Of a stretch of DNA of 64,000 nt, positions 34,297-44,310 are shown piece by piece; the first letter of the stretch is position 1; each line of letters begins with the position of its first letter. The translations under genes and the position numbers were made by a program. This DNA is from Salinispira sp. (lineage in GTDB: Bacteria; Spirochaetota; Spirochaetia; DSM-27196; Salinispiraceae): NCBI GenBank assembly GCA_965602015.1, contig OZ271918.1, positions 3,744,001 to 3,808,000 on the forward strand, given 5' to 3'. The notes beneath the pieces were generated by a model that was given only the letters and a program-made list of their open reading frames with translations, was not told where the DNA came from and searched no databases.

Positions 34297-35916
34297 TTAT
34301 AATGAGCTAATGAGAAAAATTTGCGCCGGATCGAGAAACGAAAATAACAGCGCCTGCTTGTCAAAGGCCTGAGTAGATGGCTGCCGATCGGCGGCCGCCG
34401 CCCGGTATATGGCCTCAAGCCGTCCGGAGTACCGTGCGCTCCCGTAGGCTGAGTACACCCGCTGATGATTGGCTCTGACAGCCTCCCGGCAATTCTCAAG
34501 CCGGCCGGTAAACGGCGCAGCCGACAGCACCGGGCAGCGGTCAATGAGGAGCTCCCGCAGGCTCTCATCGCCGGAAAGGGCGATGACCACCCGGGCCTGG
34601 TTTTCCTGGTCCAGCCTGCCGAAGTCTATTGCCTCCGTTTCGCCATACAGCTCATGGAAGCGCAGCGGAAGTTCCTCGGTCAACTCCTGGGTCCGGCGGG
34701 CTCCGTCATCCAGGTTCTGATTTCTCAGGGCGATGCGGAAGCGGCTCAATCGGCGTTCGGCCTCAGCGAGCCAGAGCGCCCTGAAGGATTGCACATCGAT
34801 TAGCGAAACCGGGACGGGTATTTCATCGTAAAACCAGTCCATCCGCATGCCCTCGGCGGTGAAGTCACGATGGACATAGGGGATCTTCCGACCGGCCACC
34901 GCCTTTCCGAGGGTCCAGGGTTCGAGGAAGGTAAATCCGAAACCCTCCTGGACCGAAGTGGAGATAAAATAATCCGCCCTTTCAAGGGCCTGGTCAAAGC
35001 GCATCTTGCGGGCCAGGTTGAAGGTGATGGGAGCGGCGGTCTGGCGGGCCATATCCGTCCAAAAATCATAGGATGGCCGGTCGGCAGGATTGTTCGGTTC
35101 CAGGGTAATGCCGATTTCGGTGTTTTTCAGAATGATCGATAGCAGCAGGGCCTCTCCGAGATTCTTGCGCCTGATGCCCCGCACGGGATACAGGGCGAAC
35201 AGATTCCCCGTACCGTCGGAAGACCCCGACCGCCCTGCGGAATTCTCAACCGCCGGTGACGGCTTGGCGAACAGGTCATCGGGGAGGCTCTCATCCGCGG
35301 GGATGGCTCCCGGCAGGGGGCTTATGAGATTCGGAATGGCATGGAGCCTGGCGGGGACGACCCCGGCGTCCGAAAGGAATTCACCGTCGCGGCTGTTGAT
35401 AAAGCCGTAGTGCGCCCCGGAAGGATAGGGGCTCGAGGAGTACACCGTGGGCCTTCCATCTTCTGCGAAGTCGTGCAGCTGTAAAAAGAGCCGGTTTCCC
35501 CGGCTTTGCAATATTTCAACTGCCGGCAGCAGGTCGCTGTTTTTCGCCAGGGTGGCGTTGTGTACATGGATGATGTCGGCACAGCGGCCGCTGTGGCTTT
35601 CTCCGGATTGCTCAGGATTTTCACGGTTTGATGCCTGGGGCGCCGGCGGGCATCCAAAGGCCGATCGTATTTCCCGCTCCATCTGATCTGCCAGCAGCAG
35701 GGCCGGATTTTCTCCGCCGGCGGGATTGCCCAGTCCGCTGCGGTGGAGGTCGTAGTGCAGCTCGGGAATTACCCGGGTATTGGGCAGGTCCAGGGGATTT
35801 TCTCCGGCCAGAATGCAGAATCCCCAGCCCATCTGCTTGCAGATTTCGATCTGCTGCTGAATAACCCGGGTTACCCCCCCGGGTTTAAGGTGGTAGTGCA
35901 CAAAGGCGATGTTCAT
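34297..35916 (-). CDS. GT4-like glycosyltransferase
   Basis: HYHLKPGGVTRVI, LHDFAED, YPVRGIRRKNLGE, STSVQEGFG. Confidence 0.85.
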   Translation of the reverse strand: MNIAFVHYHLKPGGVTRVIQQQIEICKQMGWGFCILAGENPLDLPNTRVIPELHYDLHRSGLGNPAGGENPALLLADQMEREIRSAFGCPPAPQASNRENPEQSGESHSGRCADIIHVHNATLAKNSDLLPAVEILQSRGNRLFLQLHDFAEDGRPTVYSSSPYPSGAHYGFINSRDGEFLSDAGVVPARLHAIPNLISPLPGAIPADESLPDDLFAKPSPAVENSAGRSGSSDGTGNLFALYPVRGIRRKNLGEALLLSIILKNTEIGITLEPNNPADRPSYDFWTDMARQTAAPITFNLARKMRFDQALERADYFISTSVQEGFGFTFLEPWTLGKAVAGRKIPYVHRDFTAEGMRMDWFYDEIPVPVSLIDVQSFRALWLAEAERRLSRFRIALRNQNLDDGARRTQELTEELPLRFHELYGETEAIDFGRLDQENQARVVIALSGDESLRELLIDRCPVLSAAPFTGRLENCREAVRANHQRVYSAYGSARYSGRLEAIYRAAAADRQPSTQAFDKQALLFSFLDPAQIFLISSL

Positions 35917-37031
35917 GACGGCTTTTTGGACTCTCCGACGCTGCTCTTTCCGCTGCTCTTTTTGCCGCCCCGGGCACCCGTACTCTTTTGTGCGCCGCCT
36001 TCCGCGGTTTTTGCTGTCTCTCCGGCGGTACCGGCGGTCGATGATGATTTTCCCGGGCTGAACAGTTCGCGGTATTCCGGTATGGTGAGCATGGGAGGCC
36101 GCTCCCGGGCCCGCATTTCTGTGCTCATTTTCTCGTAGCTACCGTCCTTGATTTCGTGCTGAAGCATTTCATCAAACATCTCGGTGTTGATATTTACCAG
36201 CCCCAGCTTCTCGATGCGCTTGAGAAAGGTCTGCATAATCCCGAATGCCATCCGGCCCAGGGCCAGGGTATCCTGATTTCTGTGCACACGCTTGTCCAGG
36301 TCCACCTGGGCCATGATATCCATACCGTAGCGCTCGTAGATATCCAGCAGCATGGACGTTTCTATACCGTAGCCGATGGGGAAGCTCACCTGTTCCAGCA
36401 CGTCCCGAAACCCCGCGTATTCTCCCGAAAGGGGCTGGATTATCTGACTGAGCTGGGGGGTGAAGAGGCTGAATAGCGGCCGGATAACCAGTTCGGTTAC
36501 CCTTCCGCCTCCGGTCGGCTTGACCCGGCTGGCGTCGATGCTCAGCGGCCGGTCGTAAAACGCTTTTACGTAGCGAACGTCGTCCCGCATGAGAAGGGGA
36601 CCAACCAGGCCGTAGACAAAGCGGTGGTGTATGTTCTTGATGTCCGCGTCTATGTACACGATGATATCGCCCTTGAGCACATAGAGGGCCTTCCAGAGGT
36701 TTTCGCCCTTGCCCTTGTACTTTTCCATGCCGGGGAGGATGTCGTCAGCCAGGTAGACATCGACCCCGTAACTGGCGGCGATTTCCCGGGTCTTGTCGGT
36801 TGATCCCGAATCGATGACGGCGATTTCGTCGAGCAGGGGGTAGCGAAGCATCAGTTCGCTCTTCATGATGATGATTTCTTTGGCGATGGTCTTTTCTTCG
36901 TTGAGAGTGGGAAGGCAGAGGCTGATCTTCAGGCCCTTGCGCCGCTTCATTTCAACGAGTTTTTTTATATCCCCGAAATCCGAATGATGATAGGTGTTGT
37001 CTTTCAGCCAGTTGGCGCTCTTACTGCTCAT
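35913..37031 (-). CDS. gpgS: Glucosyl-3-phosphoglycerate synthase
   Basis: CLPTLNEE, IDSGSTD, GKGENLW, YIDAD, KAFYDRP, GGRVTELVIRPL, QPLSGEYA, HRNQ. Confidence 0.9.
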   Translation of the reverse strand: MSSKSANWLKDNTYHHSDFGDIKKLVEMKRRKGLKISLCLPTLNEEKTIAKEIIIMKSELMLRYPLLDEIAVIDSGSTDKTREIAASYGVDVYLADDILPGMEKYKGKGENLWKALYVLKGDIIVYIDADIKNIHHRFVYGLVGPLLMRDDVRYVKAFYDRPLSIDASRVKPTGGGRVTELVIRPLFSLFTPQLSQIIQPLSGEYAGFRDVLEQVSFPIGYGIETSMLLDIYERYGMDIMAQVDLDKRVHRNQDTLALGRMAFGIMQTFLKRIEKLGLVNINTEMFDEMLQHEIKDGSYEKMSTEMRARERPPMLTIPEYRELFSPGKSSSTAGTAGETAKTAEGGAQKSTGARGGKKSSGKSSVGESKKPS

Positions 37032-38229
37032 CGATGATCCCCTTGTCTATGGCTTCGATGAGGCCGACGATCTGTGCAATGCCGGCGAACATCGGTTCTA
37101 TTTCAATCTGGGCGTTTTCCGTGTGATAGTTTTCCCCGTGGCTCACGCCGACGGTAACCGCCGGAATATTGTGGCTCAGGAAGATGGACAGTTCCGACTC
37201 GCTGGACTCGATTACCGGCTTAACCTTGAGGCTTTCCAGAATGGCTACCCCGGTTTTTACCAGCGGATGGGTGTACTCGAGCCGGGACGCGTTGACGTTC
37301 GAAATCTGGTTCATGCTGATATCAACCAGGTTCTCGTGCTTGATCGAATCCACGATGTCCTCGATTTTCCCGTAAATCTCCCCGACCAGTTCGTCGGAGG
37401 ACGATTCGATCTCCAATCCGAGCCTGCTTGAAAGGGCCAGGTCGCCGTGTTTGATGCCACCCTTGATTTTCCCGAAAATAATCTGGGTGTTCGGTCGTTG
37501 GGGGAGGTGTATCTCCAGAATGCGGTTGATGATGTCGTTCATGATGAGGATGGCGTTGGAGCCGTACTTGTTTTCCCAGCCGGAGATCATGGGAATTTCG
37601 CAGCTGATATCAGCCCGGACCATTGACCGTGAAAAGTAATTGAGTCGGCCGAGTTCGGCTCCCTCCAAAATGACCGCCGCGCGGATAGGCCGTCTCCAGT
37701 GGTTCAGGAAATCCCGAATGCCGCTGAGGTTGCTGGCTCCCAAAGATTCCGCCAGACCGACCAGCACAATGTCGCTGGTAAACTTCTTCCCCAGGGCGCT
37801 GAGCACTTCGGGCAGGCTGAGCTGAACCCCGAGGCTGATGGAATTGTCGATAATTCCCGGACCCGAGACGCTGTTGCTGTCGATCGCCAGATGAATTTCC
37901 TGGTCGAAGTGGTACACCGTGTCCATATGAGCCGCCACGACGATGCAGCCTTCCCGTTCGCCCTCGCCCTTGATAATGCCGATGGCGTTGCCCGAGACAT
38001 CGGTAGTGGCTTCATCCACGCCGATTTCCGCCAGCCGCTCAAGAAAGGCCTTCACCCTCAGGTTGGTGTGAACCCGGTCCACATCGTCTTCCTTGATGTT
38101 GAGGGCGATGGGCGGAACCTGCCCGACCAGAATGGTATTGGTAAGTATTTGCTCCCGCAGCCCGCGGACGGTCTTGCGGTACTGATCCATCCTGTCGGTG
38201 ACGGGCTTGAGTCGGGGGGTGATTTTCAT
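37021..38229 (-). CDS. M20/M28 family metallopeptidase-like protein
   Basis: AAHMDTV, GPGIIDNS, YHTENAQ; AAGGAG SD before ATG 38229. Confidence 0.8.
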   Translation of the reverse strand: MKITPRLKPVTDRMDQYRKTVRGLREQILTNTILVGQVPPIALNIKEDDVDRVHTNLRVKAFLERLAEIGVDEATTDVSGNAIGIIKGEGEREGCIVVAAHMDTVYHFDQEIHLAIDSNSVSGPGIIDNSISLGVQLSLPEVLSALGKKFTSDIVLVGLAESLGASNLSGIRDFLNHWRRPIRAAVILEGAELGRLNYFSRSMVRADISCEIPMISGWENKYGSNAILIMNDIINRILEIHLPQRPNTQIIFGKIKGGIKHGDLALSSRLGLEIESSSDELVGEIYGKIEDIVDSIKHENLVDISMNQISNVNASRLEYTHPLVKTGVAILESLKVKPVIESSESELSIFLSHNIPAVTVGVSHGENYHTENAQIEIEPMFAGIAQIVGLIEAIDKGIIDEQ

Positions 38230-38282
38230 GGTTGGTCTCCTTATGCGCGCCGTGGCGCTGCGCCGATCCGCCGCCGGGCAGC

Positions 38283-40283
38283 TTACTCCCGGCGGATTTC
38301 GAGCCAGAGCACTTCCCAGGGCGCGAGCTTGAGCACCGCGGTCCGGTCGGCCAGATCGCCCCGGGTCTCGGTTTTGCCCGGCCGGTCTTCCTCGTCGAAG
38401 CACTGGAGGGTCGAGCAGAACACTTCGCCGCTGAGCAGGTCGTAAAAATCCGGCGCGATGTCGGTTTTTCTCCGGTGGAGCAGTCCGAGGGCTTTGTTGA
38501 GCTTGGCCTGCACCGGCCGGGCGGAACTGTTGACCAGGCAGAGTATGCGCTGGCCGTTGTTCGCCTCATCCCCTTCGAATTCGCGCATTACGGCGAAAAT
38601 TTCCGGGGCGTCCACATCAAGGATAACCTGTCTGCTTGCCGGATGGAAAGCCGCCTGCTCCCGGCGGACCTTAATCATCCGGGAATATCCGCTGTACACT
38701 TGGTGCCTGAGGCTTTCGGGATCTTCGAGCTCGGCCATTACGTCCTTGAGGAAGAGCTTTCGCCGGTTGATGCTGCGGTTGGCCCCGGTGAGTTCCGGGC
38801 CTTCCTTCCAGTTCTCGCTGCCGATGAGACTGTGGATATATATGCCCGGCACTCCGGCAACCGAGAGCAGGACGGCCTGGCTGGCCAGGTATTTTTTTAC
38901 CCGCATGTCCCGGGGAAGATCGGGGTCGGCTATGGCGGAAAAATAATTGATGTTCAGCTCGTAGGGAATTTTGCCCTTCGGCGTCGCCTTGTAGTTGATT
39001 CTGCCGCCCCGATCCGCAACCGCCTCGTAGAGCTTCTGCAGCTCGGATTCGCTGAGGATTCCGTGAGCGGGGGTGACCCCGACGCCGTCATGACTGGCGC
39101 AGAAGTTGAAGTAGGTGCTGTCGTAGCCCAGGGGACCGGGAGATCCCGCGGGAATTTTCCGGGCCCACTCGGTGAGATGCTCGGCATTCCCCCGCAGGAA
39201 GGCGTCGAAAATCAGGGGTGGCAGGCTGAACTGATAAATCATATGGGCTTCGTTCTTCCCGTCGCCGAAATAGCTCATGTTCTCCGCATGGGGGACGTTG
39301 GTCTCGGTTATGAGAACCACCCAGGGAGCCACGGCATCCAGAATGCTTCGGTACAGCTGAACCACCCTGTGGGTTTTTTCGTGGTGAATGCAGGGGGTTC
39401 CCAGTTCCTTCCAGAGGTAGGCAATGGCGTCCAGGCGTATCACCTGGGATCCCTTCTCAATAAAAAAGAGAATGGCGTCGATCATTTGAATCAGCATATC
39501 CGGATGACCGAAATTCAAATCGACCTGATCCTCGCTGAAGGTTGTCCAGATATGCCGGGTAATTGCCTTGCCGCTGTCGGGGTCCCTGGCCTCGAATGGG
39601 GTGAGCAGCGGATGGGTCCGGGGACGAACCACCTGGCTGACGTCGGTACCTTCCGGCATGTCGATGAAATAATGCTCGTATTCTTTTTTTCCAGCCAGGA
39701 AGTCTTTAAACCACGGTCCCTTCGCTGAGCAGTGATTGAGCACAAGGTCGGCCATCAGGCGGAAGTCCGCGGCAATGGCCGTAATATCGGACCAATCGCC
39801 GATATCCGGGTTCACCCGGTAGTAGTCGATAATTGAGAATCCGTCGTCCGAGCTGTACGGAAAAAACGGCAGGATGTGAATGCCGCTCACCAAACCTTTG
39901 AGGTAACGGTCGGCGAAGGTTTTAAGGGCCCTCAGGTGCCGGGAGTCTTCGCCCGCCAGCTCGCGGACCGTCCCGTCCTCCTCAATGCCGCCGCCGATGC
40001 CCAGTTCCGCCTGAAGGCGGGCCTGGGGGTCGGCCGGCGGGTCGCCGAGAAGGAAACTGTCTCCGTAGGTAATGACGAAGGCGTCCTTCTGGTCCAGGGG
40101 CAGGCCGCTGCCGCCGACCTGCGACGGCGCTTTCTGTGCCGCGTCGCCATAGGCCTTCCTGGCCTCTTCCAGGGCCGGACCGTGCCGTTCCAACAGCTCG
40201 CGCAATCCCTTGAGGGCGAGCTCCGCATTGCTTCCGTCGTAGATGTCATGGGTGAATTTCCTGAGGTCCAAGGATGGATTCAT
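38283..40283 (-). CDS. GH13_18 sugar phosphorylase, probably glucosylglycerate phosphorylase
   Basis: ITYGD, HILPFFPYSSDDGFS, WTTFSEDQVDLN, RLDAIAY, ITETN, ASHDG, YELN, RSINR; adjacent to gpgS. Confidence 0.88.
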   Translation of the reverse strand: MNPSLDLRKFTHDIYDGSNAELALKGLRELLERHGPALEEARKAYGDAAQKAPSQVGGSGLPLDQKDAFVITYGDSFLLGDPPADPQARLQAELGIGGGIEEDGTVRELAGEDSRHLRALKTFADRYLKGLVSGIHILPFFPYSSDDGFSIIDYYRVNPDIGDWSDITAIAADFRLMADLVLNHCSAKGPWFKDFLAGKKEYEHYFIDMPEGTDVSQVVRPRTHPLLTPFEARDPDSGKAITRHIWTTFSEDQVDLNFGHPDMLIQMIDAILFFIEKGSQVIRLDAIAYLWKELGTPCIHHEKTHRVVQLYRSILDAVAPWVVLITETNVPHAENMSYFGDGKNEAHMIYQFSLPPLIFDAFLRGNAEHLTEWARKIPAGSPGPLGYDSTYFNFCASHDGVGVTPAHGILSESELQKLYEAVADRGGRINYKATPKGKIPYELNINYFSAIADPDLPRDMRVKKYLASQAVLLSVAGVPGIYIHSLIGSENWKEGPELTGANRSINRRKLFLKDVMAELEDPESLRHQVYSGYSRMIKVRREQAAFHPASRQVILDVDAPEIFAVMREFEGDEANNGQRILCLVNSSARPVQAKLNKALGLLHRRKTDIAPDFYDLLSGEVFCSTLQCFDEEDRPGKTETRGDLADRTAVLKLAPWEVLWLEIRRE

Positions 40284-40386
40284 AAGCGCTCCTCTTGCTC
40301 TCAGCATAGTATCAGCGGCGGTGAATTTCCAAGCTATCGTCGATATAGTTGGACGCTGATCGGCACAGATACTATGATTGAACCAT

Positions 40387-41793
40387 ATGGAACGCAGCGT
40401 GTTTTTCCGCATAGTAAAGGACTATCTGCTTCCGGTGATTCTTCCCGGGCTGGCAGTGACGGCGTTTTTCGCCGCGGTCCTTCTCATTCCCTTCGGCGGC
40501 TTCGATTCAGGAGCCCAACTGTCTCAGGTTATCGTCAATCTGGTGGATACCGCCGTGGTCATTTCCCTGGTGTTTATCCTAGCCTTTTCAATGCGCTACT
40601 TCCGCGCCCGGGGGTTTTACTTCCTGCTGCTTCTGATTATCCAGATGTGGTACCTTCAGCAGGGCCCCGCAGGCCGGGAAGGGGCATTCTGGACGCTTAT
40701 TTTTGTGCCGTTTTCCTTTACCGCCTTTCTCATTGTATCCGAGCGGGGACTGTTCAGTCCCCGAACCCGGCTGCTGCTGATCATCATCGGGCTGCCGGTG
40801 CTGTTCCGCTTCCTTCTCGAGCAGTACGGCGGATTGCGGCTTACCGAGCTTGCAATGATTCATCCCTTCCGGGAGGCCATCGCCGCGTGGAATCCTGCCT
40901 TGTCCCTGTGGTCGCTTATGTTCTACGGAGCCGCGGCGGTTATCGCTCTGCTGCGATACATCATCAGGCCCAGCCGCGATCTGTCGGCAGTGCTCTGGCT
41001 GATCGCAATTTCCTTCGTCATGGTGTTCGTGGCCTCGGCCTCAGAGTATCCCTCGGTGGTCAGCGAAGGCCTGGGGGTCAACGATCTCACTCCGGACTAC
41101 ATGTTTATGGCGCCTCCCGGGGTCGAACCGGCGCTTCATGCATTTCTCGGTCTCCTCGTTTTTGCCGCGGCGATTATCGAAGTGGTGACCCTTTTCGATC
41201 TGTCCTACCGAATGGCCTATCAGGATCAGCTCACCGGATTGCCCGGCAGAAGGGCCTATGACGACGCGATTCGGAACCTTGGACGCAAGTACGCCATCGC
41301 CATGGTCGATATCGACCATTTCAAGAGCTTTAATGACAACTACGGCCACGACGTGGGAGATCAGGTCCTCAAGCTGGTGGGCCAGGTGCTCAAGAACCAT
41401 GCGAAACCCGGCACCGCCTACCGCTACGGCGGCGAGGAGTTCGTCATTTTGTACGGCGGAGCCGCCAATGCCGATGTAAAAGAAAGCGCCGAGTCGGTGC
41501 GCCGGCGGATCAGCGAGTATCCCTTTGCCCTGCGGAAATTTCTCCGGCCGCCCTATCCGCCGGGCAGCGGCGGCAAGCCGGCAAAGAAAACGCCAAAGAA
41601 ATCCAAGGCGGGCGGCAGCCGCGGAAAGTCGCGCCGCAAAGAAGTGCCGAAAACCATCAATGTCACCGTAAGCATGGGCCTGGCGGACCATCGGAACACA
41701 GACCTGAGCCCCGAAGAGGTCATGAAAAAGGCTGACCAGGCCCTCTATGCCGCAAAGGAGCAGGGGCGCAACCGGCTCGTTATATCCCGCTGA
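40387..41793 (+). CDS. Membrane-anchored diguanylate cyclase (GGEEF)
   Basis: Multiple TM helices; DQLTGLPGRR, DIDHFKSFNDNYGHDVGD, RYGGEEF; no RxxD I-site. Confidence 0.93.
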   Translation: MERSVFFRIVKDYLLPVILPGLAVTAFFAAVLLIPFGGFDSGAQLSQVIVNLVDTAVVISLVFILAFSMRYFRARGFYFLLLLIIQMWYLQQGPAGREGAFWTLIFVPFSFTAFLIVSERGLFSPRTRLLLIIIGLPVLFRFLLEQYGGLRLTELAMIHPFREAIAAWNPALSLWSLMFYGAAAVIALLRYIIRPSRDLSAVLWLIAISFVMVFVASASEYPSVVSEGLGVNDLTPDYMFMAPPGVEPALHAFLGLLVFAAAIIEVVTLFDLSYRMAYQDQLTGLPGRRAYDDAIRNLGRKYAIAMVDIDHFKSFNDNYGHDVGDQVLKLVGQVLKNHAKPGTAYRYGGEEFVILYGGAANADVKESAESVRRRISEYPFALRKFLRPPYPPGSGGKPAKKTPKKSKAGGSRGKSRRKEVPKTINVTVSMGLADHRNTDLSPEEVMKKADQALYAAKEQGRNRLVISR

Positions 41794-41856
41794 GAGTCGC
41801 GCGATCCCCGGGATCCGGAAGATTACGAAAAATCGCGATATATCGATATGTTCTTG

Positions 41857-41885
41857 TTGCAAGCCGACCGGCTATTCGGTATATT
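41857..41885 (+). promoter_or_regulatory. Putative sigma70 promoter of metK-metF
   Basis: TTGCAA-17 nt-TATATT about 60 bp upstream of metK. Confidence 0.5.
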
Positions 41886-41945
41886 CATCAGCGAACCGGC
41901 TGACCCGTGCCCGGGGTCGGCCTATACCATCCATCGGAGGCAGCA

Positions 41946-43118
41946 ATGGCAGCATCACACAAACAGGAATACGTTTTTACATCGGAGTCGGTAAGCGAGG
42001 GACATCCGGACAAGCTGGCCGACCAGATTTCCGACGCTGTTCTCGATGCCTGCCTGACCGATGATCCGGGAAGCCACGTCGCCTGCGAAACCTACACCAC
42101 GACGGGGATGGTGCTCATCGGCGGCGAAATCAACACTTCGACCTACGTCGACATCCAGTCGGTGGCCCGGGAGGTGGTGCGGGACATCGGCTACACCCAT
42201 GCGGACTACGGCCTCGATTTCGAAAGCATGTCGGTGGTCAACGTAATCCACAGCCAGAGTCAGGATATTTCCCAGGGAGTCGACGGCGGCGGCCTCTATG
42301 CCGGCCAGCAGGGCGCCGGAGACCAGGGAATGATGTTCGGCTTCGCCTGCAATGAAACCGAGCAGCTCATGCCCGCCCCGGTTAGTTACGCCCATCAGAT
42401 TCTCAGGCATGCCGCCGGATTGAGGAAGGGCGGCGAAATTCCCTGGCTGCGGCCCGACAGCAAAAGCCAGGTGTCCATCAGATATGAAGGATACACGCCG
42501 GTGGCCATCGAATCGGTGGTCGTCAGCCATCAGCACGACCCCGACGTATCCCACGGGGAATTACAGCAGACCATTATCGATAACGTGGTAAAACCCGTCC
42601 TCGAGCCCACGGGCTTACTCAGGGCGGACACAAAGTTCTATATCAATCCCACCGGCCGCTTTGTCATAGGCGGACCCCACGGCGACGCGGGCCTCACGGG
42701 GCGTAAAATTATAGTCGATACCTACGGCGGCATGGGCCGTCACGGGGGCGGGGCCTTCAGCGGCAAAGACGCCACCAAGGTGGACCGCTCGGCGGCATAC
42801 ATGGCCCGCTGCGTGGCAAAAAACATCGTTGCCGCCGGCCTGGCGGACCGGGCTGAAGTTCAGCTGGCCTACGCAATCGGCGTCCCCTTCCCGGTAAGCG
42901 TCATGGTCGACAGTTTCGGCACCGGCAACGCGGACGATTCGGCAATTGCCGATGCGGTTCAGGACATTTTCGACCTGACCCCCGCGGGAATCGTGAAGAC
43001 CCTCGATTTGAAAAGGCCCATATTCCGCAAAACCACCAACTACGGCCACTTCGGCCGGGACGGTTTTACCTGGGAGAACACCGACAAGGCAGAGCAGCTC
43101 GCCAGGGCGGTAAAATAG
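41946..43118 (+). CDS. metK: S-adenosylmethionine synthetase
   Basis: [42 protein letters not shown]. Confidence 0.98.
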   Translation: MAASHKQEYVFTSESVSEGHPDKLADQISDAVLDACLTDDPGSHVACETYTTTGMVLIGGEINTSTYVDIQSVAREVVRDIGYTHADYGLDFESMSVVNVIHSQSQDISQGVDGGGLYAGQQGAGDQGMMFGFACNETEQLMPAPVSYAHQILRHAAGLRKGGEIPWLRPDSKSQVSIRYEGYTPVAIESVVVSHQHDPDVSHGELQQTIIDNVVKPVLEPTGLLRADTKFYINPTGRFVIGGPHGDAGLTGRKIIVDTYGGMGRHGGGAFSGKDATKVDRSAAYMARCVAKNIVAAGLADRAEVQLAYAIGVPFPVSVMVDSFGTGNADDSAIADAVQDIFDLTPAGIVKTLDLKRPIFRKTTNYGHFGRDGFTWENTDKAEQLARAVK

Positions 43119-43226
43119 GGCGGGGAGTCCTGCGCCTTTGCTGAAGGCGGCGGAGCCCCGCGAATCTTGTCCGCGAGGCCATTGCCCGCACGGCTCCTGC
43201 ACAAGCGGCCGGGGAGAACGAATCGC

Positions 43227-44234
43227 ATGTTGATCAAAGACATATTTGCCGGATGCATGGACGAAGGGAAAATTCCCTTCAGTTTCGAATTCTTTCCCCC
43301 AAAGACCGCCAGGGGTTGGGAAAAGCTCTACCGAAGCATGAAGGAGCTTCTGCCCCTGGAACCGGCCTATGTTTCGGTCACGTACGGAGCCGGTGGATCC
43401 ACCCGCGACAATACCCACGACCTGGTTGCCCGGATTCACGGCGACGGAATGCCGGTGGTCGCCCATTTGACCTGCCAGGGCAGCAGCCGGGCAGAAATCG
43501 ACAACATTCTAAAGCGATATGACCGGGAGGGCATCCATAATATCCTGGCCCTCCGGGGAGACCCTCCGGCTACCGGCGACAACGCCGTCGGGGGCACATC
43601 CGCCGCCAACAGCTCCCTAAGCAGCGGCGGCCATGGCCAGGCGAGCGCCGGTGATTTTCCCCATGCCGGCGACCTGGTGGCCTATATAAAGGAACGGTTC
43701 CCCCACTTCGGCGTCGGAGTTGCGGGGTTTCCCGAAGGCCATCCGGCTACCCCCAACCGCCTGAGAGAAATGGATTACCTCAAGGCAAAGGTTGACGCCG
43801 GTGCCGACTACATCGTCACTCAGCTCTTTTTTGACAACCGGGATTTCCTGGATTACCGGGAACGCTGCGCCCTGGCGGGCATTAAAATACCCATGATCGC
43901 CGGCCTCATGCCCATTACCAGCATTCGGGGAATGGAGCGGATGGCCGAGCTATCCGGCGGCAGCCGCTTTCCCGCCGACCTGGTCCAACGCTTAAAACGC
44001 GCGGTGAATAATAACGGAGGCAACTGGGGAATTTACGGCGCCCCGGAGAACAACACTCCCGAGGTGACCTCCGCGGTGTGCCGGGTGGGGGAGCATTGGA
44101 CTACCGAACAGATCAGCAATCTGCTCAACCACGGAGTAGCCGGCGTTCATCTGTACACCCTGAACACGTCAACGGCCTCCATCAGCATCATGCAGAACCT
44201 GGGGCTGGCAAGCTATTCGGTGCGGAATGAGTAG
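43227..44234 (+). CDS. metF: 5,10-methylenetetrahydrofolate reductase
   Basis: SFEFFPPK, SVTYGAGG, AHLTC, LALRGDPP, FPEGHP, TQLFFDN, HLYTLN. Confidence 0.95.
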   Translation: MLIKDIFAGCMDEGKIPFSFEFFPPKTARGWEKLYRSMKELLPLEPAYVSVTYGAGGSTRDNTHDLVARIHGDGMPVVAHLTCQGSSRAEIDNILKRYDREGIHNILALRGDPPATGDNAVGGTSAANSSLSSGGHGQASAGDFPHAGDLVAYIKERFPHFGVGVAGFPEGHPATPNRLREMDYLKAKVDAGADYIVTQLFFDNRDFLDYRERCALAGIKIPMIAGLMPITSIRGMERMAELSGGSRFPADLVQRLKRAVNNNGGNWGIYGAPENNTPEVTSAVCRVGEHWTTEQISNLLNHGVAGVHLYTLNTSTASISIMQNLGLASYSVRNE

Positions 44235-44310
44235 TTAGCTCCACACAATCTCTATTTCTCAACCCGGTTTCCCTGTTCAACCCGGGAAAACGCTAAACCT
44301 CTTTTGTAGT

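Noticed and set aside
41794..41945. SAM riboswitch upstream of metK
   Set aside because: No SAM-I/II consensus recognised; only a small hairpin and a promoter-like sequence.
43119..43162. Terminator between metK and metF
   Set aside because: Imperfect GC hairpin without a U tract; more likely an mRNA stability structure.
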